Shown here: positions 8,424-17,280 of the stretch, in pieces
Layout: each line of letters opens with the position of its first letter
Position numbering within the stretch: position 1 is the stretch's first letter
Assembly: GCA_012514315.1 (NCBI GenBank)
Contig: JAAZAN010000096.1
Span: forward strand, 1,884 to 65,883
DNA: 64,000 bases
Direction of reading: 5' to 3'
DNA from: Chloroflexota bacterium
GTDB lineage: Bacteria; Chloroflexota; Anaerolineae; B4-G1
Notes under the pieces: generated by a model
Told to the model about the DNA's origin: nothing
Database searches by the model: none
The model's input: only the letters and a program-made list of their open reading frames with translations
Position numbers and translations under genes: made by a program

Positions 8424-10530
8424 TCATGCGGCTCAGCGTGGGCTGGTCAGCAGGGTCCTGAGCCGAGACGACGTAAGTCGCCACCCGGTCGATGATGCCG
8501 TCCTGCGCCATGGTCTCCAATACGCTCCAACCGTCCGTATCGGGCATGACGACATCAAGCAGCATCAGGTCAAACGGTGCGCGCCGCAGGTTCGCGAGTG
8601 CAGATTCCCCGTTCGAAGCTCTGACGATCTGGAGTTCGGGATCGTGGAGCTGCAGCATACGCTCGAACAAGCCCAGAATGGCGTCATCGTCGTCGACCAG
8701 AAGCACCCGCTTGACAGGCCGTCCTGCCTCCTGGAGAACACGCGCGATCTCCGCGCGGGTGACCGGCTTGACCAGGTGTCCCCTTGCGCCGAGGGAGACC
8801 GCGCGCTCGACGGTGCGGGGCACAGAACACGCGACGATGGGTGTGCCTGGGAAGCGGTCACGCCCCATGTCGAGCAAACCCCAGAGATCGTCACCGGGGG
8901 TGACATTGATCACGACGGCGTGCGCAGGGCTCTCCCGCAATGCTGTCTTGACCTCCCCGAAATCACTGGCAGGTACGAACTCGACATCCTCTGTCTGCCG
9001 TGATAGAGCGCCCGGCAGATCATCCGCCGGGTCGTAGACGACGAATCTGGCCCTTTGCAGATCACCCGGCAGCGAGCGAGGAACATGTTGTTCCCGCCAG
9101 ACCCATTCCTCGCGGATATGGCGCCCGGCTGGCGCCAGGTGTCCGACCGGTGGATCGATGGGGAGGTCGAATGTGAAGGTCGTCCCGGCTCCTAGCTCGG
9201 TCTCCAGACCGATATGGCCGCCGTGCAGCTCGATGAACTGCTTGCTGATGCTCAGGCCGAGGCCGCTTCCGCCGCGGTCCCGCCAGATATCGGTCGTTCC
9301 CTGGCAGAATGGCTCGAAGATGCGTTCGGCATCGCGTTGCGCGATGCCTGGGCCGGTGTCCGCGACGCTCACCACCGCGCGTCCATCTCGACGGGTGACG
9401 GTCACAGTGATGCCGCCGCGCTCTGTGTAGCGCGCTGCGTTGCTGAGCAGGTTGAGAACGACCTGCTGGATGCGCGTTCGGTCGCAGTAGACTGCCGGCA
9501 GGTCCTCGGAGAGTGTGATATCCAGCTTCAGCCCTTTGTTGTGGAGGAGTGGACTGACCGCGGCGGCCGCATCCTCCACAACTTGTGCCAGATTCACCCG
9601 TTCACGGTGCAGGACCATACGGTCTGCTTCAATGCGTGTGAGATCCAGTACGTCGTTCACCATGCGCGACAGGTGTTCGCAGTTGCGCTGTACGACCTCC
9701 AGGTCCTCGCGCATTTTGGGCGACAGCTTCACATCAAACATATGCGGGGCGTCGACCATCAGCTCCACCAGGCCGGTGATCATGTTGAGCGGGGTGCGGA
9801 ACTCGTGACTGACGCGGGCGACGAAGCGCGTCTTGGCCTCCTGGGCCTCCTCAGCGATGGAGCGGAGCATGGCCGTGCGTTCGTTGGCCAAGAGGAGCTG
9901 GCGACTGGTATGGCCCAGATCGGACAGTGCTTGCCCAAGCTCAGCCCGTCGATCTCTGGCCTCCTCGAGTCGCGCTTGAGCATCATCGAGATACCGCTCG
10001 AGCCACTCCGCCAGCTGGTAGACCGGCAGGTACGCACCGGTGATGATGAGTATCCCGGACCAGACCACGAACAGCGCGATCTCCTGATCTGCGGAGGTCA
10101 GGGAGAGGCCCGGCCCGGGACTGAGCGATAGTATCAGCGCTGTCACGACGACTCCGACGAGCCAGGCCGCGCGCAGCCCTATGAGGCCTGCGGTCAACAG
10201 CGCTGGAATGAAGAGCAGGGCTAGCGAAGCGGGCACACCGGTCCACCGATAGGCCGCTACCACAATGGCGATCGGAGTCAGAGCGGCGGCCCACGTGCCT
10301 ACCTGCGGCCAGCGCAGAAGCAGCACCGCATCCGCGGCAGCCACGGCAAAGGTGAGCACGGCGAGGTTGGACAGGCTGGACCAGCTCGCGAGGCTCGGAT
10401 GGGTCTGGGCCCGAATGGTCAACGCGACTCCAACCGTGAGCAGTGCGAATGTCACGGGCCACGGTGCTACCCTCAATTCGCCTCGCAGTCCTGACGTGCT
10501 TGGTCTCACACGATCCACGATCAACTCCAT
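8311..10530 (-). CDS. Hybrid sensor histidine kinase (polytopic N-terminus, HisKA, HATPase_c, one degenerate and one canonical receiver domain)
   Basis: H-box SHEFRTPLNMI. N/G boxes LLSNAARYT, DTGPGI, GGSGLGLSI. REC2 RVLLVDDDDAILG...LMLLDVVMPDTDGW. The ATG at 10530 lies 1 nt after the upstream gene's stop; the track ORF extends to 10590. Confidence 0.9.
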   Translation of the reverse strand: MELIVDRVRPSTSGLRGELRVAPWPVTFALLTVGVALTIRAQTHPSLASWSSLSNLAVLTFAVAAADAVLLLRWPQVGTWAAALTPIAIVVAAYRWTGVPASLALLFIPALLTAGLIGLRAAWLVGVVVTALILSLSPGPGLSLTSADQEIALFVVWSGILIITGAYLPVYQLAEWLERYLDDAQARLEEARDRRAELGQALSDLGHTSRQLLLANERTAMLRSIAEEAQEAKTRFVARVSHEFRTPLNMITGLVELMVDAPHMFDVKLSPKMREDLEVVQRNCEHLSRMVNDVLDLTRIEADRMVLHRERVNLAQVVEDAAAAVSPLLHNKGLKLDITLSEDLPAVYCDRTRIQQVVLNLLSNAARYTERGGITVTVTRRDGRAVVSVADTGPGIAQRDAERIFEPFCQGTTDIWRDRGGSGLGLSISKQFIELHGGHIGLETELGAGTTFTFDLPIDPPVGHLAPAGRHIREEWVWREQHVPRSLPGDLQRARFVVYDPADDLPGALSRQTEDVEFVPASDFGEVKTALRESPAHAVVINVTPGDDLWGLLDMGRDRFPGTPIVACSVPRTVERAVSLGARGHLVKPVTRAEIARVLQEAGRPVKRVLLVDDDDAILGLFERMLQLHDPELQIVRASNGESALANLRRAPFDLMLLDVVMPDTDGWSVLETMAQDGIIDRVATYVVSAQDPADQPTLSRMITATIDDGLPMRALLRCLLSVSALLLRLEAPIDPASG

Positions 10531-10531
10531 A

Positions 10532-11674
10532 TCACTCCACACTTCCTGGGGCTTCGCTACGCGACGGAGGACCGCCGGCCGCCGTTGCATAGACGTGATA
10601 GGCGCGGCTGTAGCTGATGATTGCGTCGAGACAGGACGCAGTCGTGATGAACGCTGCCGCTACCTGCGTGGTGTAACCGATGATGCGGGCGAAGTCGCCC
10701 GCGGTGATGCCCAATCGGGTGCGCAGCGCCAGGGCCATGAATACGACGATGAACTGGCTGCCAACCAGCGCTGCCTCGCGGATATAGAGAAAGGATTGGC
10801 TCCTCGTGACAAGCGTCTGCAGCACGACCCGCCGGATGCGCATAATCTCCTTGAAGCGAGTCCGTACCTCCTCGTTGTCTCGTTCGGCAATCGCCCTGAT
10901 GGCGGTGCCCGAAAGCTGGCTGCCGACGGAGTACTGCGAGTCGAGCAGCACGCGCAGCCACCGGTTGAAGACAACGGTCATCCCTGTGGGAACGATCAAC
11001 GACGCCAGGTAGACCAGGCCAAGCCAGCGGTTGTAGCTGAGGAGGTTGCCCGACACAATGATGATCTTGATGATGACCGGGGTGAAGCTTCCCAGGACGT
11101 GGTACGTGGCGTTTGTGATGCCGCTGACTGCATTTGCCAGCCGAGCGTAGGCGGAGCCGGCCTCTTCCGACGTCTCCGCGTCGCCACGATCCGATGCTTT
11201 GAGCACCAGCTCGACCATCTTCTGGAAGTCGGTCCTGTAGAACATGATGTGACGGAGGATGACGTTGGCGCGCGCCAACGCAGGGCTGAACAGGCTCGCG
11301 AAGAGAAGGAGCCACACTGTGCGGCCGATGTCGCCGCTGGGAAGGCGGTCGATGAACTCTCCAAGCAGGTTGACCGGCCACAGGGCAGCGAATTCCTGAG
11401 CGGTCGTGACCGCGAATATCGCCAGGCTGTACCTACGGTATTCCCAGATGAGGCGGGCTACGTCGCGCGCGAACTGGCCCACAGGCGTGTACTCAAACCA
11501 CTGGCGGACGAGCACGATCAGGCGGGTAGGGTGCAGGTCAATCGGGTTGGCGGCTGCCATCGATGCTCTGTCGCCACGGCTGAACAGCGCCCGCAGGCGG
11601 CGGAGGGGGCCCGCGGCGCTGACATCACCCCGTACCCGACGTTTCGACCCTCTGGAGGATGGCTGGTCTGTCAC
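10532..11674 (-). CDS. ABC exporter-type transmembrane domain protein with no nucleotide-binding domain
   Basis: 380 aa. The six-helix layout and inter-helix segments (SAYARLANAVSGITNATYH..., AIRAIAERDNEEVRTRFKEIMRIRR, FIVVFMALALRTRLGITAGDF) resemble a type I ABC exporter TMD. The ORF ends without Walker A/B or signature motifs. Confidence 0.6.
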   Translation of the reverse strand: MTDQPSSRGSKRRVRGDVSAAGPLRRLRALFSRGDRASMAAANPIDLHPTRLIVLVRQWFEYTPVGQFARDVARLIWEYRRYSLAIFAVTTAQEFAALWPVNLLGEFIDRLPSGDIGRTVWLLLFASLFSPALARANVILRHIMFYRTDFQKMVELVLKASDRGDAETSEEAGSAYARLANAVSGITNATYHVLGSFTPVIIKIIIVSGNLLSYNRWLGLVYLASLIVPTGMTVVFNRWLRVLLDSQYSVGSQLSGTAIRAIAERDNEEVRTRFKEIMRIRRVVLQTLVTRSQSFLYIREAALVGSQFIVVFMALALRTRLGITAGDFARIIGYTTQVAAAFITTASCLDAIISYSRAYHVYATAAGGPPSRSEAPGSVE

Positions 11675-11895
11675 TCGCTTCGTGCCATTCTGTGGGTTGA
11701 CTCTCTGGGCGCTCCGTGTGACTGCTCGCGTGCGTTGCGTTCAGGAAGCTCGTGGCTGCGCAGTCGCGCCAGCTCGAACAAGCGAAATGGGCAGCACTGC
11801 ACGTCGGCCACGGGAATGTGCGCTGCAGGCTGTACCCTTCGCGTCTGGATCTTCATGGTGGAAAGCGGCGCCATAGGCCCGGTCAGGCCATGACC

Positions 11896-12426
11896 CTACC
11901 TGGGTACTGACACAAACTGCATCACAATCCCGCCGAGCAGCACACAGGCGATGCAGGCGCTCAAAGTCACACACACGATGCCGATCGCCATACCCCAGGC
12001 GAATCCTTCAGCCGTACGCTCCAGAACCGCGTCGGAAGGCTTCTCGGGGTCGTAGTAGACATTGACCTGACCCCCCAGCGGATAGCTCTCCAACGTGGTC
12101 TCCGCGCGAGACGGACTGCTCTGTGCTGTGATCCCCCCGAAGGCGATTCGCTTGCCGGTGAACACCTGGTTGCCTACCTGATACACATACTCAACGGCGG
12201 GATAGTAGGCGTAACTGGTGTGGCCATCATCGTCGGTACTGGCGCTGCGTTTGACTTGCGCAGACGTGATTTGGCCCGTCGTTAGCGGCCAGTCCTGACT
12301 GGCCGACGCCTTGCGCCGGCTGCGTACACTGGAGACGATGAGGAATACACCGAGAGCGAGCAGGGCAACCACGAAAATGCTGCCACATACGACTGCGAAC
12401 CCCAGCGGAACGATTTCGCCCGACAT
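11896..12426 (-). CDS. DUF3592-like membrane protein
   Basis: The ATG at 12426 is preceded by AGGAGG. TM helix, then beta-rich domain (WPLTTGQITSAQV...VYYDPEKPSDAVLE), then C-terminal TM helix. Confidence 0.6.
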   Translation of the reverse strand: MSGEIVPLGFAVVCGSIFVVALLALGVFLIVSSVRSRRKASASQDWPLTTGQITSAQVKRSASTDDDGHTSYAYYPAVEYVYQVGNQVFTGKRIAFGGITAQSSPSRAETTLESYPLGGQVNVYYDPEKPSDAVLERTAEGFAWGMAIGIVCVTLSACIACVLLGGIVMQFVSVPR

Positions 12427-12563
12427 CTTACCTCCTAACCTGGTCATGCAGGCCGTGTGACTCGATTGTGGCCAGTCTGCCTCCATTCCACCGGGGTGGA
12501 GACTGACGTCGCAGCTCTGTCAGCGCATAGGTCCGTCTGTGCAGCGCAATCTGAGGCATTCTG

Positions 12564-13361
12564 TTACGCCGCGAACGTCAGGCACCGCAACACCTCGAAG
12601 TAGTCATCGTGCTCGAATGCCACCGTATGGGCGTCGATGCGTTCTGCTCCCGGATAGAAGCTGCCGGCATAGGCGCTGCTGTGTGTCCGGTAACATATCT
12701 CCATTCGGAAGTGGTCCGGCAATGTGATTAGAGCGCGTGACAGATCGCCCTGCAGCGCGCGCTCCACGGCCTCGCTGATACGGGCGGTCGCCAGCGCCGG
12801 GTGGATGTTGACCGTCGATGCGCCGATGCCTTCCTTCACCGCGACACTCGCGATATGCGGGTTGAGCTCTGACGCGAGTTCGCATAGTGCGCGATCGCCC
12901 GACACAAACACCACGGGCACGCCGACGTAGGCGGCCACGAAGGCGTGCAGCAGGAACTCGGATGCGTACTGGCCGTTGAGCTTGATGTGCACGAAGTCGA
13001 GGCTCATGGTATGCGCGAGGGGGTTGCCGCCCCCGCCCGCGGGTGAATGATAGCCCACCATCAGCATGGCCTGGAAGCTCCGATCGAGTTCCTCAACCAT
13101 GCCGAATGGGTGACCGCTCCAACCGCGCACGAGCTTCACCTGCTGCGGTAGTCTGTCACCGGCGACGTTCCGGCCCTCGCCGTGTGCGTCCTTGACCCAG
13201 ACCTCGCTGGCGCCCGCGTTGAGCGCGCCTTCACATGCGGCGGCCACCTCCGCCGTCATCTGGTCGCGATGTGGGGCGGCGGATTCCTTCTGGAGGTGCG
13301 TCTCGTCCCAGTGTGTGACCCCGGTGACGCCCTCGATATCGGCGCTGATGAAGACCTTCAT
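12564..13361 (-). CDS. M55 family D-aminopeptidase (DppA-like)
   Basis: N-terminus MKVFISADIEGVTGV and overall 265-aa length are typical of peptidase M55. Confidence 0.75.
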   Translation of the reverse strand: MKVFISADIEGVTGVTHWDETHLQKESAAPHRDQMTAEVAAACEGALNAGASEVWVKDAHGEGRNVAGDRLPQQVKLVRGWSGHPFGMVEELDRSFQAMLMVGYHSPAGGGGNPLAHTMSLDFVHIKLNGQYASEFLLHAFVAAYVGVPVVFVSGDRALCELASELNPHIASVAVKEGIGASTVNIHPALATARISEAVERALQGDLSRALITLPDHFRMEICYRTHSSAYAGSFYPGAERIDAHTVAFEHDDYFEVLRCLTFAA

Positions 13362-13391
13362 GGATCCCTCCTGTGTGCAGATCGTGACTTG

Positions 13392-14327
13392 CTACTCCGT
13401 TCCCGTGAGCTCCGGTTCGAGGACGGCGACGCGCAGTTCGTTCGTGTTGTTGGGGCGCGCTGCCTCAAAGTAGACAAAGATGCGTCCCTGGCGTGGCACC
13501 CAGGCCGAGTAGCGCCACGTGTGATAGTCCCGGGCGGTTGTGCTTGTCAGCAGGGGGCTCGCGGGCGTCAGGTCGAAGTAGGAGGACAGATCGGGGGAGT
13601 AGGCCAGGCCGGTCGCGATGTTGTAGACCGGATCGCGCCACTCGAGATTAGATCCCTCGTAGACGATGAGGTAGCCAACCGACAGCGGCAGCACGCTGGC
13701 CGGGCGCGTGAAGAAGTTGTGCCACCCGTCATTCGGCATCACAGGGCCCGCGGACGCTGGCTGCCAGTCGTCGCCGGTGTCGCTCACGAAGTGCCGGATC
13801 CGTTCGACGCGATCGATGGCGATGACGAACATGTGCCAGATTCGCTGGTCGTGGAACACGATAGGATCCTTGTAGCCCGTCACGTGGACGAATCCATCGT
13901 CTGGATAGGATGCGCTGAGCACGGTGCGCGCGGTTGTCGGGCGGAACCCGCCTGGGTCCGGTGAGTCGTCAAACCGAAGAATTACCCATCCTTGCTGAAG
14001 TCCAGTGCAGGTGTAGAGACGGTACGCACCGGTCCCGTGGTCCCATAGCAGCGCGGGGCGTTCGAACCCTGACACGCCGACGTCCTCGCGTCGAATGTGG
14101 TGGATAGGCGTGAAGTGGAGGCCGTCGGTGCTTCTGAGGATGCGGATTTCGTATCCGCGCTTCCCGCGCGGCGAGTCGCCCTCGCGCATACGAGCGGCGA
14201 GATAGAAGACGCCATCGGGCGACACAGCGACCGATGGCGCTCCGGCCCACCACTCTGGAACGTCGCGGTCTGGCTGAAGGACCACGGTGTAGTCCGCGAG
14301 GGCTTCAACGATGGAGCGCAGATTCAT
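13392..14327 (-). CDS. Asp-box (BNR-like) beta-propeller protein, glycoside-hydrolase-like, function unknown
   Basis: The ATG at 14327 has AAGGAG upstream. Asp-box-like RSTDGLHF. Distant paralog of 49969..51090. Confidence 0.55.
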   Translation of the reverse strand: MNLRSIVEALADYTVVLQPDRDVPEWWAGAPSVAVSPDGVFYLAARMREGDSPRGKRGYEIRILRSTDGLHFTPIHHIRREDVGVSGFERPALLWDHGTGAYRLYTCTGLQQGWVILRFDDSPDPGGFRPTTARTVLSASYPDDGFVHVTGYKDPIVFHDQRIWHMFVIAIDRVERIRHFVSDTGDDWQPASAGPVMPNDGWHNFFTRPASVLPLSVGYLIVYEGSNLEWRDPVYNIATGLAYSPDLSSYFDLTPASPLLTSTTARDYHTWRYSAWVPRQGRIFVYFEAARPNNTNELRVAVLEPELTGTE

Positions 14328-14590
14328 AGATACTCTCCTTCGCACCAGCCTGGGTGACGCAGGTCAATGTATGTATGCGTTGACTCAGCTATTGTAGCAC
14401 GATGGCAACCCCAGAGCAATTCACCGGGTTGATGTTTCTGACTCACAACGCGGCGTCAGCACGGAGCACTACGTGCGTGGAGATCCGTGCCCGGAACAGA
14501 CTGGCGCGGCAAGGCAAACAACCCCGCGTGCCCCGCTACTCCTAGGCCGCTCGTCGTGACGATTGACAGGCTCCGGACGGCGAGTAGAAT

Positions 14591-15763
14591 GTGCGCATGG
14601 GCTTCAAGCACTGCTTTCCGTTTCTTGGTCTGGTCACTGGGGCTCTGCTCATCGGCTGTCAGGCCGAGGGGTACCTGGACCCAGCAGCGACGCCACACGT
14701 GGAACGTGCCACAGCAAGCCTGAGCGCTACCGCACCGATGCCCACACAGACCCTTGTGTGCACCCCGGGACCCACGTTGACGCCATCGCGAACACCCACG
14801 AGGACGCCCACACTGACGCCTACACCGAGCCCAACTCCGGCGCACCCGCTCGCGATTGAGAGCCTGCGTGCGGTCCCGTACGCTGGAAGCGACTTGGTGG
14901 TGGAGCAGGCTCTGGGGCCTGGATCCAACTACGACCGCTTCATCGCGTCGTATGACTCCGATGGACTCAAGATCTACGGCCTGCTGACGGTTCCCCACGG
15001 TGAACGTCCCGAGTCAGGCTGGCCGGCCGTGATCTTCAACCATGGGTACATCCCCCCAGATCAGTACCGGACGACGGAGCGATACATCGCCTACACCGAT
15101 GCTTTCTCTCGTAACGGGTACGTGCTGTTCCGGCCCGACTATCGGGGACACGGTAACTCCGAAGGTGACGCTGGCGGCGCCTATACCTCGGCCGACTACA
15201 CGATCGACGTGTTGAACGCTCTGGCGAGCGTGCGTCGTTACCCTGCTGTCGATCCCAATCGGATCGGGATGTGGGGCCACTCGATGGGCGGCCAGATCAC
15301 ATTACAGGTGATGGTTGTGTCACGTGATGTACGGGCTGGCGTGATCTGGGCCGGTCTCATGGGGTCGTACGAGGACCTGCAGCGTTGGTGGTGGTGGCCG
15401 CGCTGGGGATGGTCGGATGGCACGCCAGTCGCCGGCGGTGCGTCCCAGGATCGTGCGAGCGCCTGGTTGGCGGAGATGGAGACATTGTACGGCGCCGTGG
15501 ACGACGACGCCCCATTCTGGGCTGCCCTGTCTCCGACATCGTACCTGGTCGATCTCTCGGGCCCTCTTCAGCTCCATCACGGGACTGGCGACACGACGGT
15601 CTCGACGGTCTTCTCGGAGAAGCTGTACCGCCTTGTTCAGGAAGCTGGCCACCCCGTCGAGCTCTATCTGTACGATGGAGACGATCACAATATCTCGAAC
15701 AGTTTCGGGGTGGCCATGGTCCGCTCCGTCGAGTTCTTCGATCTACACGTCAAGGCACGGTAG
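14591..15763 (+). CDS. Alpha/beta hydrolase, S9 prolyl-oligopeptidase/dienelactone-hydrolase-like lipoprotein
   Basis: Lipobox LLIGC, Pro/Thr linker TPTRTPTLTPTPSPTP, nucleophile elbow GMWGHSMGG, C-terminal HHGTGD and DDH. The start is GTG 14591 or ATG 14597. Confidence 0.75.
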   Translation: MRMGFKHCFPFLGLVTGALLIGCQAEGYLDPAATPHVERATASLSATAPMPTQTLVCTPGPTLTPSRTPTRTPTLTPTPSPTPAHPLAIESLRAVPYAGSDLVVEQALGPGSNYDRFIASYDSDGLKIYGLLTVPHGERPESGWPAVIFNHGYIPPDQYRTTERYIAYTDAFSRNGYVLFRPDYRGHGNSEGDAGGAYTSADYTIDVLNALASVRRYPAVDPNRIGMWGHSMGGQITLQVMVVSRDVRAGVIWAGLMGSYEDLQRWWWWPRWGWSDGTPVAGGASQDRASAWLAEMETLYGAVDDDAPFWAALSPTSYLVDLSGPLQLHHGTGDTTVSTVFSEKLYRLVQEAGHPVELYLYDGDDHNISNSFGVAMVRSVEFFDLHVKAR

Positions 15764-15851
15764 CAGTCCGGCCGGCGGATCGATGCTTGGTGGCACTGCC
15801 CGGCAGGCAGCGCCGTGCTCGGGCGAGATGTGGCGACATAGGGAGGTAGAC

Positions 15852-16388
15852 ATGACTCAGCGCGTATCGATTGCTATAGAGGACTTCTCAGTGAGGATTC
15901 ATCCTCTGTGGGCGAACCGGTGGTTCTTGCTCACCAGCGGTGATTTCGCGGCAGGGCACTTCAACACGATGACTGTGGCCTGGGGCAGCATGGGCACCAT
16001 GTGGGAGAAGCCGTTCGTGCAGGTGGTGGTACGACCAGTCCGCTACACGTACGAGTTTATGGAACGGTACGACTCGTTCACGCTCTCGGCGTTCCCAAGC
16101 GAGCACCGTGACACGCTGCTGTTCCTGGGCGCCAGATCGGGCCGTGATTCTGACAAGATCGCCGAGTCGGGTCTCACGCCGATCGCTTCATCGCGGGTGG
16201 CCGCGCCGGGCTTCGCCGAGGCGGAGCTGATCGTCGAGTGCCGCAAGGTCTATTGGCAGGATATGGACGCTGCGCACTTTCTGACTCCAGAGATCGAACG
16301 ACACTACCCAGAGCGCGACTACCACCGCATCTACTTCGGCGAAGTGCTTGCCATTTGGGGTGATCAGGCGCAGTACTGCGCTCGTTAG
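15852..16388 (+). CDS. Flavin reductase-like (FMN-binding split-barrel) protein
   Basis: The ATG at 15852 is preceded by GGGAGG (15841-15846). NTMTVAWGSMG is typical of the family. The track ORF's upstream extension overlaps the previous gene. Confidence 0.7.
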   Translation: MTQRVSIAIEDFSVRIHPLWANRWFLLTSGDFAAGHFNTMTVAWGSMGTMWEKPFVQVVVRPVRYTYEFMERYDSFTLSAFPSEHRDTLLFLGARSGRDSDKIAESGLTPIASSRVAAPGFAEAELIVECRKVYWQDMDAAHFLTPEIERHYPERDYHRIYFGEVLAIWGDQAQYCAR

Positions 16389-16464
16389 CCATCGGACTTC
16401 CTAGCACACTGATCATATCTCGCTGGATATCGCGCCGATCGGCTCAACACGCGGGGAGGGGACG

Positions 16465-17199
16465 ATGCACGTTCTAGGGCTGGATATCGGGGGCACCGGC
16501 ATCAAAGGGGCGCTGGTGGAGACGGGTACGGGTGTCCTGATCACCGAGCGTTTCAGGCTGCGAACGCCGGAGAAGGCCGAGCCGGGCCCGGTGATGGAGA
16601 CCATACGGAAGGTTGTGGAGCACTTCGCGTGGAACGGGTCTGTCGGGTGTGGTTTCCCTGCTGTGATCAAGCATGGCGTCGCGTATACGGCCGCCAACAT
16701 ATCCGACAGATGGATCGGCTTCGACGTACGGCAAGCGCTTGTGGATGCAACGGGATGCCCCGCCACCGTAATCAACGATGCCGATGCGGCTGGCATCGCC
16801 GAGATGCGCTTCGGGGCGGGGATGGGCGAGGCCGGCACGGTGCTGGTCCTGACGCTTGGCACAGGGATCGGTACAGCGCTCTTTGTCCGCGGACAGCTCG
16901 TACCCAATATGGAGCTGGGCCACATTGAGGTGAATGGTCGCGAGGCCGAGCCATGGACGGCGGATATCGCGCGAAAGCGCGAGCGGCTGTCGTGGAAGAA
17001 GTGGGGGCGCCGCCTCAACATCTACCTTCAAGCACTGGAGCGGCTCGTGAGCCCGGACCTAATCATCATCGGCGGTGGGGCAAGTCGTGAGCACGAGAAG
17101 TTCTTCCCGTGTCTGGACCTTGAGACGCGAGTCGTGCCAGCGGCTATGCTAAACGAGGCTGGGATCATCGGAGCCGCACTCGCTGCAACAGGTCTCTGA
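16465..17199 (+). CDS. ppgK: Polyphosphate glucokinase (ROK family, short form without the Zn-Cys motif)
   Basis: [39 protein letters not shown]; 244 aa. Confidence 0.75.
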   Translation: MHVLGLDIGGTGIKGALVETGTGVLITERFRLRTPEKAEPGPVMETIRKVVEHFAWNGSVGCGFPAVIKHGVAYTAANISDRWIGFDVRQALVDATGCPATVINDADAAGIAEMRFGAGMGEAGTVLVLTLGTGIGTALFVRGQLVPNMELGHIEVNGREAEPWTADIARKRERLSWKKWGRRLNIYLQALERLVSPDLIIIGGGASREHEKFFPCLDLETRVVPAAMLNEAGIIGAALAATGL

Positions 17200-17280
17200 G
17201 GCGGCGACATCTGAGATGGTACTGACGCTGCCGACTTGGCAACGTGTGAAAATTTCGCGTAGTGATTATAATTCAGTTAC

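Noticed and set aside
10265-11893. 542-aa + strand ORF, the longest unassigned ORF in the track
   Set aside because: It is antisense to the ABC-TMD gene and the kinase start, Arg/Ala/Gly-rich with no motifs, and typical of a high-GC shadow ORF. The same reasoning applies to 2331..3278, 8191..9003, 9214..10131, 13182..13964, 16413..17021, 32398..33399, 39133..39792, 53197..53964, 56875..57849 and similar ORFs.
15417-15851. Upstream extension of the flavin-reductase ORF
   Set aside because: It overlaps the 3' end of the hydrolase gene in another frame. The GGGAGG RBS and family homology begin at the ATG at 15852.
17234-17272. TATAAT hexamer (17267-17272) in the convergent ppgK / membrane-protein spacer
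   Set aside because: There is no acceptable -35 at 16-18 nt (TGTGAA at best). It would only drive antisense transcription into the 3' end of the neighbouring gene, so it is probably fortuitous in a locally AT-rich terminator region.
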